Source: Prevotella sp.
GTDB taxonomy: Bacteria; Bacteroidota; Bacteroidia; Bacteroidales; Bacteroidaceae
Assembly: GCA_045614255.1 (NCBI GenBank)
Contig: JAZLCN010000054.1
Location: forward strand, 34,531-98,530
Direction: 5' to 3'
DNA length: 64,000 bases
In this document: positions 8,843-18,593 of the stretch, in pieces
Numbering within the stretch: the stretch's first letter is position 1
How the letters are laid out: each line of letters begins with the position of its first letter
Notes under the pieces: generated by a model
Seen by the model: the letters and a program-made list of their open reading frames with translations, nothing else
Database searches by the model: none
What the model was told of the DNA's origin: nothing
Position numbers and translations under genes: made by a program

Positions 8843-9597
8843 ATAATGCTTTTCATGAATCCTTTAAACAAGTAAGAAACGAAATAGATAGAAGAGCGGA
8901 AAAGATTGATGTTTTCAACATCCCTTAAGATGTGCCATTGCCAAGACATGTTGCGCAGTTTGTTTGAAGACAATGAATTACTGTGCTCGCGATAGAGAGC
9001 TGTGATAGTTTTTGTGTTGCGGGCAATGTATCCTTTCTTTAATATGGAAAGCCAGAATGCATAGTCTTCGTGATGTATGTCGAGATAATATTTCTTGCCC
9101 ACCTTTGATACATCGAATATGCCGGTGAGATTGCCAATGACGTTACTGTATAACAGACGCTGATAGTCAGTATAGCGTGGCGCTTTTACAATACGTGCAG
9201 AGCGGTGACTGTGTTCGTCAATCTTTTCATAATCTGAATATACAACAGCAGTACGCTTATCTCTGAACATCTCCAGCTGCTGTCTTAACTTGTCTTTCAG
9301 CCAGATGTCGTCAGAGTCAAGAAATGCAATATATCTACCAGTTGCAGCCTGAATGCCAATGTTGCGTGGCGATGATGGCATGCGATTGGGCGCAGGATTG
9401 TGAAACAACTTGATGCGCTTGTCATTCTTCGCATATTCCTCAACAATCTCGCACGACTTGTCTGTGCTGCCATCATCAACAACAATCAGTTCCCAATTCG
9501 TGAATGTCTGCACACGAACAGAATCTATTGCCTCTGCAACATATTTCTCGCTGTTGTAGAGTGGCATGACGACTGATATTTTTACTTGTTTGGCCAT
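8839..9597 (-). CDS. Glycosyltransferase family 2 (TuaG-like)
   Basis: SVVMPLYN, VVDDGSTD, FLDSDD, HEDY. Confidence 0.92.
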   Translation of the reverse strand: MAKQVKISVVMPLYNSEKYVAEAIDSVRVQTFTNWELIVVDDGSTDKSCEIVEEYAKNDKRIKLFHNPAPNRMPSSPRNIGIQAATGRYIAFLDSDDIWLKDKLRQQLEMFRDKRTAVVYSDYEKIDEHSHRSARIVKAPRYTDYQRLLYSNVIGNLTGIFDVSKVGKKYYLDIHHEDYAFWLSILKKGYIARNTKTITALYREHSNSLSSNKLRNMSWQWHILRDVENINLFRSSIYFVSYLFKGFMKSII

Positions 9598-9619
9598 ATA
9601 GTATGAGGTAAATTTTTAA

Positions 9620-10555
9620 TCATTTCTGAGTTTTTGCGGTTCCTGGTCTCCTGCTGCTGAGCCAATAGTATAACTTAGGACAATATATATTTAGTTCTCT
9701 GGCTACGAAGACCAAAAAATACTTTATTTTTTGATGTCTTTTCATGAAAAGCATCTTATCTGCAGTAGAACGAAGAGGGTGATTGAAGAACTCACGACGT
9801 TCAGCTATACTCATTTCAACAACTTTTGCTTTTTCTGATTTTTCAGAGTCATGGTCATTGTCACATATTCCACAGACTGATGGAGTGGTCAAAACGGGTA
9901 TTCCTTTATTGTTGGCTCTTATACCGTATGCCCAATCGCCGCAGCAATGTATATAATCGTTGCCTAATAGTCCGATAGCATCCACTGTATCTTTTGATAC
10001 TAACAGGATATTTGCGCATGTCATGCTACAGGGTTCAGGTTTGCCTGTAGGTTCAACAACTTTAAAGCGTCCAATGACAGGAAAACTATATACAATTCCT
10101 CCATAGGTAAATTCTTTTCGGTCTGTGCTACAGCATGTCCCTACATAAACTCCGCTTTTACCTTTTGTAGTGATGGCATAGTGGTGGGTTTGCAATAATT
10201 GTTCGAATGTATTCTTTTCAAACAAGGTGTCGTCATTCATAAGCAGATAGAAGTCCCATTTGTTATGCATCTTATATGCTTCTTGCCACGCTTCTTGCAT
10301 TCCGCCTGCCCAGTATAATGTACCAGAACCTTTTATTATAAATATGTCTTTGTCATGAAATTCTATTTTAATAGCTTCAGATGTGCCATCAGTGCTACCG
10401 TCATCAGTAATGAAAAATGCTAGATTTATTTTTTCTGATGTTGACGAGTTGCATGTACTCTCTGCTTCAAAAACCGAATGCAGTGACTTTATTGTCAGCT
10501 CTTTTCGGTTATGGCAGGTTAGGATAACAGCTATGTTGTATGTTGTTATTGTCAT
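9620..10555 (-). CDS. Glycosyltransferase family 2
   Basis: LTCHNR, TDDGSTDGT, LYWAGGM, LMNDD. Confidence 0.88.
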   Translation of the reverse strand: MTITTYNIAVILTCHNRKELTIKSLHSVFEAESTCNSSTSEKINLAFFITDDGSTDGTSEAIKIEFHDKDIFIIKGSGTLYWAGGMQEAWQEAYKMHNKWDFYLLMNDDTLFEKNTFEQLLQTHHYAITTKGKSGVYVGTCCSTDRKEFTYGGIVYSFPVIGRFKVVEPTGKPEPCSMTCANILLVSKDTVDAIGLLGNDYIHCCGDWAYGIRANNKGIPVLTTPSVCGICDNDHDSEKSEKAKVVEMSIAERREFFNHPLRSTADKMLFMKRHQKIKYFLVFVARELNIYCPKLYYWLSSRRPGTAKTQK

Positions 10556-10561
10556 CGCTTA

Positions 10562-11755
10562 TTATATGGCATGCAGAAAATCTATAATCTTTTCTGTTTG
10601 CTTTTTAGGTGTCTTGTTATTATATATAAACTCTGAGGCCTTAACGCCAAAGGCATTTAACTCGCTTGTCGGCTTGCTGCAAATCTCCATCATCTTGTAG
10701 GAAAGATGTTCTACATTTTCTTCTTCAATGAATAGCAGGTGTTCATGATAGTCTGTAGGTATGCAAGGCAGTTTAAACATCAGGGTAGGAGTTCCGGATG
10801 CCATATACTCCAATGTCTTTGAAGGAAAGAAATAACTGGTAAACTCCTCGCTGGGTGGTACAGGATTAACCAATAATGTTGCCTGACGTTGTTTTTCCGT
10901 CAACTCCTTACGAGTCATCCTCTCCATATAAATTATTCGTTTATCTTTTTCCGCACGGGCCTTAATCACTTTTTCAAATTCACCATTACCTCTTATCCAT
11001 AACTGACAGTTTGCATCCTTTATCTTGTCAAATGCTTCAAGTAATATTCCAATTCCATATCTTGCCCCTAAATTTCCTGTATACATTATTGATTTCACAC
11101 TACTCTCTTTTTTGTTTATTAAGGCAGGATTTGACTCATTATTGTATATTCCCTCCATCAACAGCCAAGGCTTATTGCCTACTGGCATTTTATCTTTCAT
11201 CCCTTCAGCCAAGAATATATAACCATCAATAAATTCGTAATGACTGCCTTTTTTGGCATTTGTCAAAGGAGAAATTTTATTATTCAGCCTTGTTAGTATC
11301 GTCTCATGAGGTACTGTATATTCAGGTAAGTCAGTCAGCAACATTACAATTTTCACATCGGGATGCAGTTGCTTTAGTTTGGTTATTATCTCAATATAAT
11401 GATAGTTATAAAAGATTATAACTTTATCGCCTTGAGTCTCATCACACCATTTCGTAGATTCTTTCAATACTCTACGCTTTGTGTCTATCCTTTTAAAATA
11501 TGTTATGTTCAAATACCCTATACTATCCATATTTTCCCCACATGCAGACGGAACAAATGGCGTTTTACAGAAAGGAGGGTAAGAACCCATTAATGGCACA
11601 TTCAAAATAGAATACTTAACATCATTCTCATCCAATCCACGTATTATAGCCTTAGATAAGTTATGCGCAGCCCAGTCCAAGCCAATCTTAGAAATTGACG
11701 CACATTGCTCTATAATACTATCAGGATAGTATTGGGACACGAAAAGTATTCTCAT
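10562..11755 (-). CDS. Glycosyltransferase family 4
   Basis: MYTGNLGARYG, LLVNP, FPSKTLEYMASGTP. Confidence 0.88.
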   Translation of the reverse strand: MRILFVSQYYPDSIIEQCASISKIGLDWAAHNLSKAIIRGLDENDVKYSILNVPLMGSYPPFCKTPFVPSACGENMDSIGYLNITYFKRIDTKRRVLKESTKWCDETQGDKVIIFYNYHYIEIITKLKQLHPDVKIVMLLTDLPEYTVPHETILTRLNNKISPLTNAKKGSHYEFIDGYIFLAEGMKDKMPVGNKPWLLMEGIYNNESNPALINKKESSVKSIMYTGNLGARYGIGILLEAFDKIKDANCQLWIRGNGEFEKVIKARAEKDKRIIYMERMTRKELTEKQRQATLLVNPVPPSEEFTSYFFPSKTLEYMASGTPTLMFKLPCIPTDYHEHLLFIEEENVEHLSYKMMEICSKPTSELNAFGVKASEFIYNNKTPKKQTEKIIDFLHAI

Positions 11756-11830
11756 TTATATAACTTTATTATATATTATATAACGTTGTTAATTCCTAAA
11801 TATTGTCATTTCCTATAATGATGACAGTTT

Positions 11831-13006
11831 TTATTGGAGAAATAACAACTTATACAAGTCCTTAATCTTACCCCAATCAAATAATGGGTAGTTAACATTA
11901 AAATTTCTTATATTATTTGATAGTAAATCTCGCAACTCTTCCTCTTCTATGAGTCTTAACATTGCCTCTGCAAGAGCTTGCGCATCATTTACCTTGAAAA
12001 GAATTCCATTCTTATTATCTATTATTTCTTTAAATCCTTCTAAATCTGATGCAATGATAGGAGTGTTAAAAACAAATGTTGTTTGTGGTATGCCACTTTG
12101 TGACATCGTTTTATACGGGCACAAAACTGCATAAGCATTAGTTATTATATATGCCAGTTCCCTATTAGGAATAAATCGTGGCAAGACAACAAAGCGCTTG
12201 TGGGTAATGATCTGACTCAATATCGGATCATTTCCTCTACCCGCCAATACGATTCTGTAATTTTGCATTTTATCTCCTAAAATATCAACAGCTTCTTTTA
12301 TTAAAGCCAGACCTTTATATGGCAACATATAACCATAAAAGAGGAAATATTTTGCAGGTAAAGACTCCATTGGAGGCGTCTGTGGAATTGAAGAATATGC
12401 CTCAAATAATCCAAAAGGAACTATCTTTATTTTATCTTTGATTATCCCATTTATATTTATAATATTATTATAACTATTTTTGGAAAAAACTATTATTTCA
12501 ATTTCTTTTTGTATAGCTGCTTTTACAAGTTTAGAAGGCTTTAACGATGGATTGAAGTGATTTAAGACTTCATGCAACGACAAAACAACTTTTGAGTTCA
12601 AATATTGTAAAAAATAAATATATCTATCCATATCGTAATTAGCAACTATATTTACGAGTAAATATCCTTGCTTATCAATCTGTCTAGCTATATTCCTAAT
12701 CTGCCTTTTTATAATATACTCAGCTATATTCCTAATGACAGGAACCGTTTTATAAGGACGCATTGTTTTCACCAAAAACAGATTCAGATTTTCACAGTCT
12801 GCATACGACCGTATTACTTTCATCTTCTGTTCTGGTACTTTTGTTATACCGATACCATCAGTACTAAAACAACATTCTGTACTTTCTGGCTCTTGAATCT
12901 TATCAAGATAATAAATATCTATAGCAAAGCCATCTTTGCACAATTGTTTAGCAAGCGGCAATGTACTTCCTAAAAAACCTTCCTCTATAAACGCTATCCT
13001 TTTCAT
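11831..13006 (-). CDS. Glycosyltransferase family 4
   Basis: FLFYGYMLPYKGL, PYKTMSQSGIP, PIIASDLEGFKEII. Confidence 0.88.
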   Translation of the reverse strand: MKRIAFIEEGFLGSTLPLAKQLCKDGFAIDIYYLDKIQEPESTECCFSTDGIGITKVPEQKMKVIRSYADCENLNLFLVKTMRPYKTVPVIRNIAEYIIKRQIRNIARQIDKQGYLLVNIVANYDMDRYIYFLQYLNSKVVLSLHEVLNHFNPSLKPSKLVKAAIQKEIEIIVFSKNSYNNIININGIIKDKIKIVPFGLFEAYSSIPQTPPMESLPAKYFLFYGYMLPYKGLALIKEAVDILGDKMQNYRIVLAGRGNDPILSQIITHKRFVVLPRFIPNRELAYIITNAYAVLCPYKTMSQSGIPQTTFVFNTPIIASDLEGFKEIIDNKNGILFKVNDAQALAEAMLRLIEEEELRDLLSNNIRNFNVNYPLFDWGKIKDLYKLLFLQ

Positions 13007-13014
13007 AGAGATAA

Positions 13015-14238
13015 TTAATTCTGAAAAGAATTTAGTATATTATTCATCATCCCAAGATATTTGGCATAATAATCATCCGCAAATTTTATCATTGAGGAAG
13101 AATTAAAATTCTTGAATTTATCATATACATAGCTAGCACATGGAGATTTAAATGTTTTTGAGATACAACTGACTCTCCATTCTGCCAACCCTGCAGAGTC
13201 AAGCAAATGCTTAATTTTACTTGACTTATCTGTTGTTATTATGCCATTAAGTCTTTTCAGACCATAGTTATCAAAACTAAAGAATGGGACAGAATTGTGT
13301 ATGGAAACAACAATTGGATGCATATTATGACCAATATATCCTGAAGAATACTTAATCAGAGCAAACCAGTCTATCGGTGATAACGGCAGATGAATTTCTT
13401 TATTTAATCTACCAAAACTTTCTTTTTGCGAGAAAGGAAGTTTTACACAGGTATAGCCATCTTTTGCCGCCAAGATTTGAAATTCATCCAACCACTTCTG
13501 TGACACAGTTGTAGCATTTATAAAACTCATAAGTATATATTTTTCTGGAAGTTCATACTTATCGAGAATTTCATTCTTATTAGGGAGCAATCCCTCTGCA
13601 TTATATTTAAAAGCAAAGACAGGATCAGGAGTTACTTCAGGGTCTACCTTATTTTTTGTAATATGGCAAAACATCTTTTTTGTCCAAGTATCACGAACCG
13701 ACACATAAGAATATTGTTCTATTTGTTTCGCCATCTGTCTGCATAGTTGATTAGAGAAAAACTTATATTCGGAATCCTGGCTTGATGCGGAGAGCAAGGC
13801 AACAGGAACTTTCTTAGGCAGAAGTTCATTCCATGTAGCCCAGAAAGGGTTTGGGAAGATCCTGTCACTTGTAGCATGCTCTATTGCAACAATTCTTTTA
13901 CACGGAAATATTAAACGTTCCCATTCCGTATGATGCTGACAAACCGCATCGCTACCAATAATTACCGCCTCTATTTTTTCTTGTAATATAACAGATGCCA
14001 CATCATCGTCTGTTCTACAGAGCTTAGTCTCAGTCCATATTGTTTCTCTTATTTTTTTTTGACATAACAATTGAGATTCAATGGTATGACTCTCATAAGA
14101 ATACTCCATGTCTTCTGAAATCCAGTTGATGACAATTGGCAAATATCCTTTGTTCTTAAGAAACATATATGTGGACAACAACTGTAATGTTGCACCGAAA
14201 TTTATAGCTGAATGGTATGCTAAAAGTCCTATTTTCAT
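13015..14238 (-). CDS. Polysaccharide pyruvyl transferase family protein
   Basis: MKIGLLAYH..NFGATLQ, IGSDAV, SVRD, PDPVF, NMHPIVVSI; ATG 14238 overlaps the upstream stop (ATGA). Confidence 0.85.
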   Translation of the reverse strand: MKIGLLAYHSAINFGATLQLLSTYMFLKNKGYLPIVINWISEDMEYSYESHTIESQLLCQKKIRETIWTETKLCRTDDDVASVILQEKIEAVIIGSDAVCQHHTEWERLIFPCKRIVAIEHATSDRIFPNPFWATWNELLPKKVPVALLSASSQDSEYKFFSNQLCRQMAKQIEQYSYVSVRDTWTKKMFCHITKNKVDPEVTPDPVFAFKYNAEGLLPNKNEILDKYELPEKYILMSFINATTVSQKWLDEFQILAAKDGYTCVKLPFSQKESFGRLNKEIHLPLSPIDWFALIKYSSGYIGHNMHPIVVSIHNSVPFFSFDNYGLKRLNGIITTDKSSKIKHLLDSAGLAEWRVSCISKTFKSPCASYVYDKFKNFNSSSMIKFADDYYAKYLGMMNNILNSFQN

Positions 14239-14789
14239 ATAATATGCATTCGACAATATGGTGAATACTTTAAATTTTGTTCTTTTCTTTCCCCTATCTT
14301 CGCTGCTGGTATTCCACCCATTACTGTATAGGGAGCTACATCCTTGGTTACAACAGCTCCAGAGGCGATTACAGCCCCCTTCCCTATTCTAACTCCTGGC
14401 AATATAATTGCTCTACTGCATATCCATGCATAGTCTTCTATAATAACTTTTCCTCCAATGCTCCTAAAATCAGCCGAATTCATATCATGATGAAGAGTCC
14501 ATATTATAGCATCATAAGCAATTGTTACATTTTCTCCAATATCTAAACCTTTACGTGCATCTAACAAAACCTGTGGTCCTATACTGCATCCATTTCCTAT
14601 ACGCAACCCCTTAGGATTACGTATTTTAACAGATGAGAATATTGACACCTTACTCGCAATGCTAGCCCCCATACGTCTTAGCAAAAACGACCTGATATGT
14701 GTCGAAGGAATATGTTGCCAGAGATTCATTTTCATGAATCCCCATGACATTCTCCAACATTCTATTTCTTTTTTTATGAAAGCTTTCAT
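14235..14789 (-). CDS. Hexapeptide-repeat O-acyltransferase
   Basis: Left-handed beta-helix repeats; IEDYAWI, ILPGVRIGKGAVIASGAVVTKDV, GGIPA. Confidence 0.88.
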   Translation of the reverse strand: MKAFIKKEIECWRMSWGFMKMNLWQHIPSTHIRSFLLRRMGASIASKVSIFSSVKIRNPKGLRIGNGCSIGPQVLLDARKGLDIGENVTIAYDAIIWTLHHDMNSADFRSIGGKVIIEDYAWICSRAIILPGVRIGKGAVIASGAVVTKDVAPYTVMGGIPAAKIGERKEQNLKYSPYCRMHII

Positions 14790-16309
14790 ATTTTGTATTT
14801 TATTTTTCTCAGAACATGAACTATCTTTTGCTTCTCACTATGCGTTAGAATAAGATAATATGCCAAAAGGCTATAGACAACTATTCCTAAGCCAAACACG
14901 ATCATTAGGCGAGCCATTGATTCATCCATAACATTACATACCCCCCAAAGGAATATTAAAGTTGCTATATGGATTATTATAAGCGGTACAATTAATTTTG
15001 AAACATATTCCTTTACAGATATTCCTATCTGTTTTTTTGCAAAATATAGTCTAAAACATAGAGCGAAGACTTCTATCACGCATGCTATTATCAATGCAAC
15101 CTCAGCTTTTTGCCCTTGAGCTATAGAGAAATAAGACAATGGTAATATTGACAACATCAGTATGCAGATATTTATTGTGTACCATTTTATTTTACCAGTT
15201 GACTGTATTGCAGACATTAATCCTGAAGACAACTGAAAAACAATAGATAATATTATAATAAGCCTTGTAAATTCCTCTGTATTCTCTGGAATATCAGAGA
15301 GCCACAATTTCAGGATATAATGAATTTCTATGAAAATTGGCATAGCCACTATGCCAATACTCAGTGTTGAGAATTTCGTTAAACCTAGAACCAAAGCATT
15401 CATTTTATTTTCATCTTTGCTTCCATGGCTTTCCATCAACTGAGGATTAATACTTTTTTGTATCGTTTGCGAGAAATATCCAAGCACACCATTAACCTGA
15501 TTGCTTATACCATATGCCGCATTGATTACTGTACCGAAAAAATGGTTTAAAACCAAAGCAATCCCTTGGTTTCTACCTATAATAGCTATTGAGGCAAGGG
15601 TATTCCACCCTGCAAAACTGCATAAATCCCGAAATAATTGCTTATTTTTACAATAATGCCTTGATATAAATATATTGCTGTACATTTTTTGTACATAAAT
15701 AAACTTCATCAAGAAAATTACTATCGCAATAAACATTATCATATAACCATAATAATTAAGCCTGTCTCCTGATATATATGGTAATGATAATGCTAAAAGT
15801 AATTTCAGTAATACCTCTGCAGTTCCAATTATTGAAAAAACCAACATATCCTCCTTTGCATTCATGATAGCATCAAATGGAACTGCAGTAATAGTAAAAA
15901 ATATACTTACAACAAGATAGTGAAACAAATTACGGGCTATAGTAACACTATCTGATGGTATATTCATCACATGATTCAACAGTAAAGGGATGGAAAATTC
16001 TACAAGTAAAATAACAATTATACCTAATATTATATGCAAAACAAGGCTTAGATTATATATCTCCAACAATTTTATAGAATCTTTTTCACCAATACAGACA
16101 GAAAAAAAACGCTGTGTAGATACTGTCATAGCTCCATTAAGGAAAGCAAGCATAGCAACAACTCCTGCAATAAGATTATATAATCCAAATCTTTCAGCAC
16201 CTAAATTACCCAATACGATAGGTACTGTCCACAATGATATAATCATGCAGAGTAACACTTTCGTGTATAAAATAATGGTATTTATAATTATCTTATTTGT
16301 TCCTCTCAT
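14786..16309 (-). CDS. wzx: Polysaccharide flippase (Wzx/MOP family)
   Basis: About 12-14 TM segments; LG...FGLYNLIAG, STQRF, GVVINAAYGI-like, PQLMESHG. Confidence 0.85.
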   Translation of the reverse strand: MRGTNKIIINTIILYTKVLLCMIISLWTVPIVLGNLGAERFGLYNLIAGVVAMLAFLNGAMTVSTQRFFSVCIGEKDSIKLLEIYNLSLVLHIILGIIVILLVEFSIPLLLNHVMNIPSDSVTIARNLFHYLVVSIFFTITAVPFDAIMNAKEDMLVFSIIGTAEVLLKLLLALSLPYISGDRLNYYGYMIMFIAIVIFLMKFIYVQKMYSNIFISRHYCKNKQLFRDLCSFAGWNTLASIAIIGRNQGIALVLNHFFGTVINAAYGISNQVNGVLGYFSQTIQKSINPQLMESHGSKDENKMNALVLGLTKFSTLSIGIVAMPIFIEIHYILKLWLSDIPENTEEFTRLIIILSIVFQLSSGLMSAIQSTGKIKWYTINICILMLSILPLSYFSIAQGQKAEVALIIACVIEVFALCFRLYFAKKQIGISVKEYVSKLIVPLIIIHIATLIFLWGVCNVMDESMARLMIVFGLGIVVYSLLAYYLILTHSEKQKIVHVLRKIKYKI

Positions 16310-17486
16310 CTAATCTTACTTTTCCTGAAACATAGCCAATTGTTAATAATATTATATTAAACCATGAATAAATTGCCACATGCGACATCATAGAAAGGCA
16401 TAGATATATTGTAGTAAACATTGCTAATGCTGGTGCATAGCTTGTCTTATTTTTTATATGTAAGAACACATTCCCTATTAGTGAAAGGAATGCGAATAAA
16501 TATAGTACCCCTCCCATCAACCCGTAATCATACGTTATTTCAAGAAAATCATTATGTGCACTCACACCAACAGACGCGTCTTGCGCCACAGCGTTATATC
16601 CATGCCCGAAAACTAATGAAAAGAAATCTGAATTATTGATCATATTGGCAACAACACTCCATACAATAGTTCTGTCACTACCTCCATCATCTTCCATGCC
16701 TGCAAAACGCTCCATAAGATTATTATCATCCGTATCAGCCATGAAAATAAAAATCGTCGTAAGTAATCCAATTACCACAAGTGATGTAATAATATGTTTC
16801 ATGTTAAATTTCTTAGAAATTAACGCAGAAACAAAACCATAAGATATTAATCCACATCCCATTGCGACGATACCGCCTCTCTTAATTGATGATATTAAGA
16901 TTATACATGTGAAGATAACAAAAAATATCTTGCGTTTATTCCCACATACGAGCATTATTAACGGCAGAATATACAACGTATAATATGAAATAATCATTGG
17001 GGGCAATTCAAAATACATAGATATATATTCTACATATACCCTTATGTATGATATGGCAAAGGCACATGATGCAAAACAGAAAAACCAGCTAAACAACTTA
17101 CTGTCTCCATGGTTTTGTAAATAGTTAAACGGAAGAAGCAAACTAAAAAAAGGTATTAAGTGCTTAACCAATACCATAACGCTTTCCATTGAGTCACCCT
17201 TAATCTCATTATTGATTATGGGTATAAAAACCCAAGTCATATACAACAGATACAATGTCATTGTCGCTGTTGGCCTATATGCATTATAATGAGGGATAAA
17301 ATAAAGTATAAGCACAGAAGCAGATATCACCATTGCCAAAAGACACAGCATTGTTCTAGCGCCTTTTATTCCATCGGAACTATGTTCCTGCCCCTGCATA
17401 TCTATACACAAAAATAAAACTAAAGCAAACATACATAATATAAAATATATTATGGATATTGTGTTATATCTTAGCTGTAGTTTCAT
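16293..17486 (-). CDS. wzy: O-antigen polymerase/ligase family (Wzy)
   Basis: Polytopic; SIKRGG, SDRTIVW, FGHG, SAHNDFLE..YDYG; MKLQL start at 17486. Confidence 0.75.
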   Translation of the reverse strand: MKLQLRYNTISIIYFILCMFALVLFLCIDMQGQEHSSDGIKGARTMLCLLAMVISASVLILYFIPHYNAYRPTATMTLYLLYMTWVFIPIINNEIKGDSMESVMVLVKHLIPFFSLLLPFNYLQNHGDSKLFSWFFCFASCAFAISYIRVYVEYISMYFELPPMIISYYTLYILPLIMLVCGNKRKIFFVIFTCIILISSIKRGGIVAMGCGLISYGFVSALISKKFNMKHIITSLVVIGLLTTIFIFMADTDDNNLMERFAGMEDDGGSDRTIVWSVVANMINNSDFFSLVFGHGYNAVAQDASVGVSAHNDFLEITYDYGLMGGVLYLFAFLSLIGNVFLHIKNKTSYAPALAMFTTIYLCLSMMSHVAIYSWFNIILLTIGYVSGKVRLDERNK

Positions 17487-17523
17487 TATGTATATTGATA
17501 GCAACTGAAATTAAGAACGGTAA

Positions 17524-18570
17524 TTAATGTTCTTTTCTCAATATAAAGAAAACTGTTATAATTGTTGACAATATCAACATTCCTGCCACAAATATCATTC
17601 TCTTTGGGCCTGCTGCTTTTATAGGCACAGTAGGACTGACAAGTGTGGTAAACACAGGAGTTTTTTCTTGTAGTTTAGCCTTCATAGCCTCCAGTTGAGT
17701 ACACATCGCAGTATATGCGTTCTGCTTAAATTGCACTTCGTTTTCTAATTTCTGACGTTTAGAAATTGTTTTTTGCAACACTGCACCCATATTTCTGTCA
17801 GTGAAGTTACTAAATGCCTCAACAGCATCATCATATTCCTTTCTTGTACTGTCAACAAGATGCTTATAATAATCTACATCAATACGAGCTTTGCTCGTAC
17901 GATAATCCGTTATAAAATTCTGCAGCCTCACCCTTATACTATCTGCTAATAGAGCACAGATGACTCTATCTTGATCTTTTACAGAAAGTGATATGACATC
18001 TGTCTTTTTATCAACACTACAGCCTATATTTTTCTTTACTTTCTCAACAATTCCGTAATCATATTTTGATAACATAAAAGGATTCAGTTTCTTACCAATA
18101 CTTGGCCCAGATTGTTTATCAGTAGACAACAAACTTTTCAGATAATTACCAATCTTCACAAAAGGATAAGTCAGCCAATTTTGCTTCTGATGCTTTGTTA
18201 AATATGTATAATAGTCCGTGACAACACTGCTATCCACTGTTGCCACCTGAATATCCATCAGGCTGACAATAAATTCATTAGATGACAGCAAATCCGGATA
18301 CAGCATTGGATAAATAGCATCATTGTTGGCTCCTCCAAGATTAATGCCAAAATTTGACGCTATAGATGAAAGCCCTCCATCTATATTTTCACCTGTCGTT
18401 TCAGGTGCCATTGAAAGGCTGCAAACATAATATCTTGGTTGTGGTAATATCCAGATACATGATAATATAAAGACTACTGGCCACACTTTAAAGAAAACTT
18501 TTTTGTTCTTCCAAAGCGTCTTAGCAATCTTTCCAAGATCAATTACATCTTTTGTCTTTTTATCGCTCAT
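17524..18570 (-). CDS. wzz: Chain-length determinant Wzz/FepE family
   Basis: Two TM segments flanking a coiled-coil periplasmic domain; IYPMLYPD, PTVPIKAAGPKR; no kinase domain. Confidence 0.85.
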   Translation of the reverse strand: MSDKKTKDVIDLGKIAKTLWKNKKVFFKVWPVVFILSCIWILPQPRYYVCSLSMAPETTGENIDGGLSSIASNFGINLGGANNDAIYPMLYPDLLSSNEFIVSLMDIQVATVDSSVVTDYYTYLTKHQKQNWLTYPFVKIGNYLKSLLSTDKQSGPSIGKKLNPFMLSKYDYGIVEKVKKNIGCSVDKKTDVISLSVKDQDRVICALLADSIRVRLQNFITDYRTSKARIDVDYYKHLVDSTRKEYDDAVEAFSNFTDRNMGAVLQKTISKRQKLENEVQFKQNAYTAMCTQLEAMKAKLQEKTPVFTTLVSPTVPIKAAGPKRMIFVAGMLILSTIITVFFILRKEH

Positions 18571-18593
18571 AAATATTGTTTCGTGTTAGGTTA

